Shown piece by piece: positions 63,491 through 64,000 of a stretch of DNA of 64,000 nt; position 1 is the first letter of the stretch, and each line of letters starts with the position of its first letter. Under the pieces are notes generated by a model. That model made no database searches. It was not told the DNA's origin and was given only the letters and a program-made list of their open reading frames with translations. The position numbers and the translations under genes were made by a program. The stretch lies in NCBI GenBank assembly GCA_031549145.1, contig JAVBQI010000051.1, positions 1,672 to 65,671 on the forward strand, read 5' to 3'. The stretch comes from Thermoguttaceae bacterium. GTDB lineage: Bacteria > Planctomycetota > Planctomycetia > Pirellulales > Thermoguttaceae.

Positions 63491-64000
63491 AAGGGAGGAA
63501 AACCGGGCGTATTCGGTTGGAAAACGGCAAAAAAACCTGCTTTTGGGGCATTTTACAAAAACCGTTGGCCCGTGTCGAGAGCGAATTTCGGTCTTTTAAG
63601 GGGCAAAATCGGCGGGAAAACCGGGGTACCGGCTAAATGGGGAAGAGGAGAACGAGCCGAAAGGGCCTTTTCCGTCGTAATATAAAACGACAATGTAGCA
63701 CCAACACAGCAATAAACTGCACTTGTTTTGAGACAATTACAGTTTGTATCAATTTTCGCGGAAATGATTATACTGTGTAAGACAGGAATAGGGTTGCCTT
63801 CCCCATAAAAATAAACATAACCGTTATATCAGGTTTTAAAAAAATTTTTTTCGGGAATTTGCTTTAAAATAAAAAGAAATATTGAAGTCCGAGCGTGTCA
63901 ATTTATCATATCATACAAGCAGTGCGAAACGTCGGTCGTCGCGATCGGTCGTTTTTCGCCGAAAACACGTTTTTTCCTGAGCACCACGTTTATCCCATTT

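Overview
GC-rich bacterial chromosomal segment. GC content was judged by eye, not computed. Gene content is most consistent with a Planctomycetota-type genome: prepilin-motif proteins with long low-complexity regions, three DUF1080 domains, a type III glutamine synthetase, a PATR-type autotransporter, and housekeeping genes (recA, fmt, pyrK, nadK, nadD, guaA, ruvA, aroDE, fliG) scattered singly rather than in operons. This taxonomic call is an inference. I support about 46 protein-coding genes, 2 tRNAs (Pro-TGG, Gln-TTG), a degraded tyrosine integrase next to tRNA-Pro, and many intergenic repeats. I see no CRISPR array, cas genes, reverse transcriptase, recognisable defence or toxin operon, or biosynthetic cluster, so I cannot honestly nominate a novel multi-gene system here. 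Five things stand out. (1) An in-frame TAA interrupts an otherwise intact guaA at a conserved Glu codon. (2) At least 8 repeat families occupy most intergenic spacers. They include tandem heptamer arrays (CCTACAG, GGGAAGT, GAGGAYA, GAATTAA) built into hairpins and composite cassettes that end within 0-17 nt of start codons. One hairpin family also has a hairpin-less 'solo' copy. (3) T2SS/T4P-like components (GspF/PilC, GspG-like, GspK-like) are dispersed and carry large low-complexity inserts. (4) There are degenerate or truncated enzyme homologues: a PMM-like protein lacking catalytic residues and a truncated LarA-N-like ORF. (5) A small low-GC islet holds an ORF split at an A6 tract. All family assignments come from motif recognition by eye. 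No database search was run.
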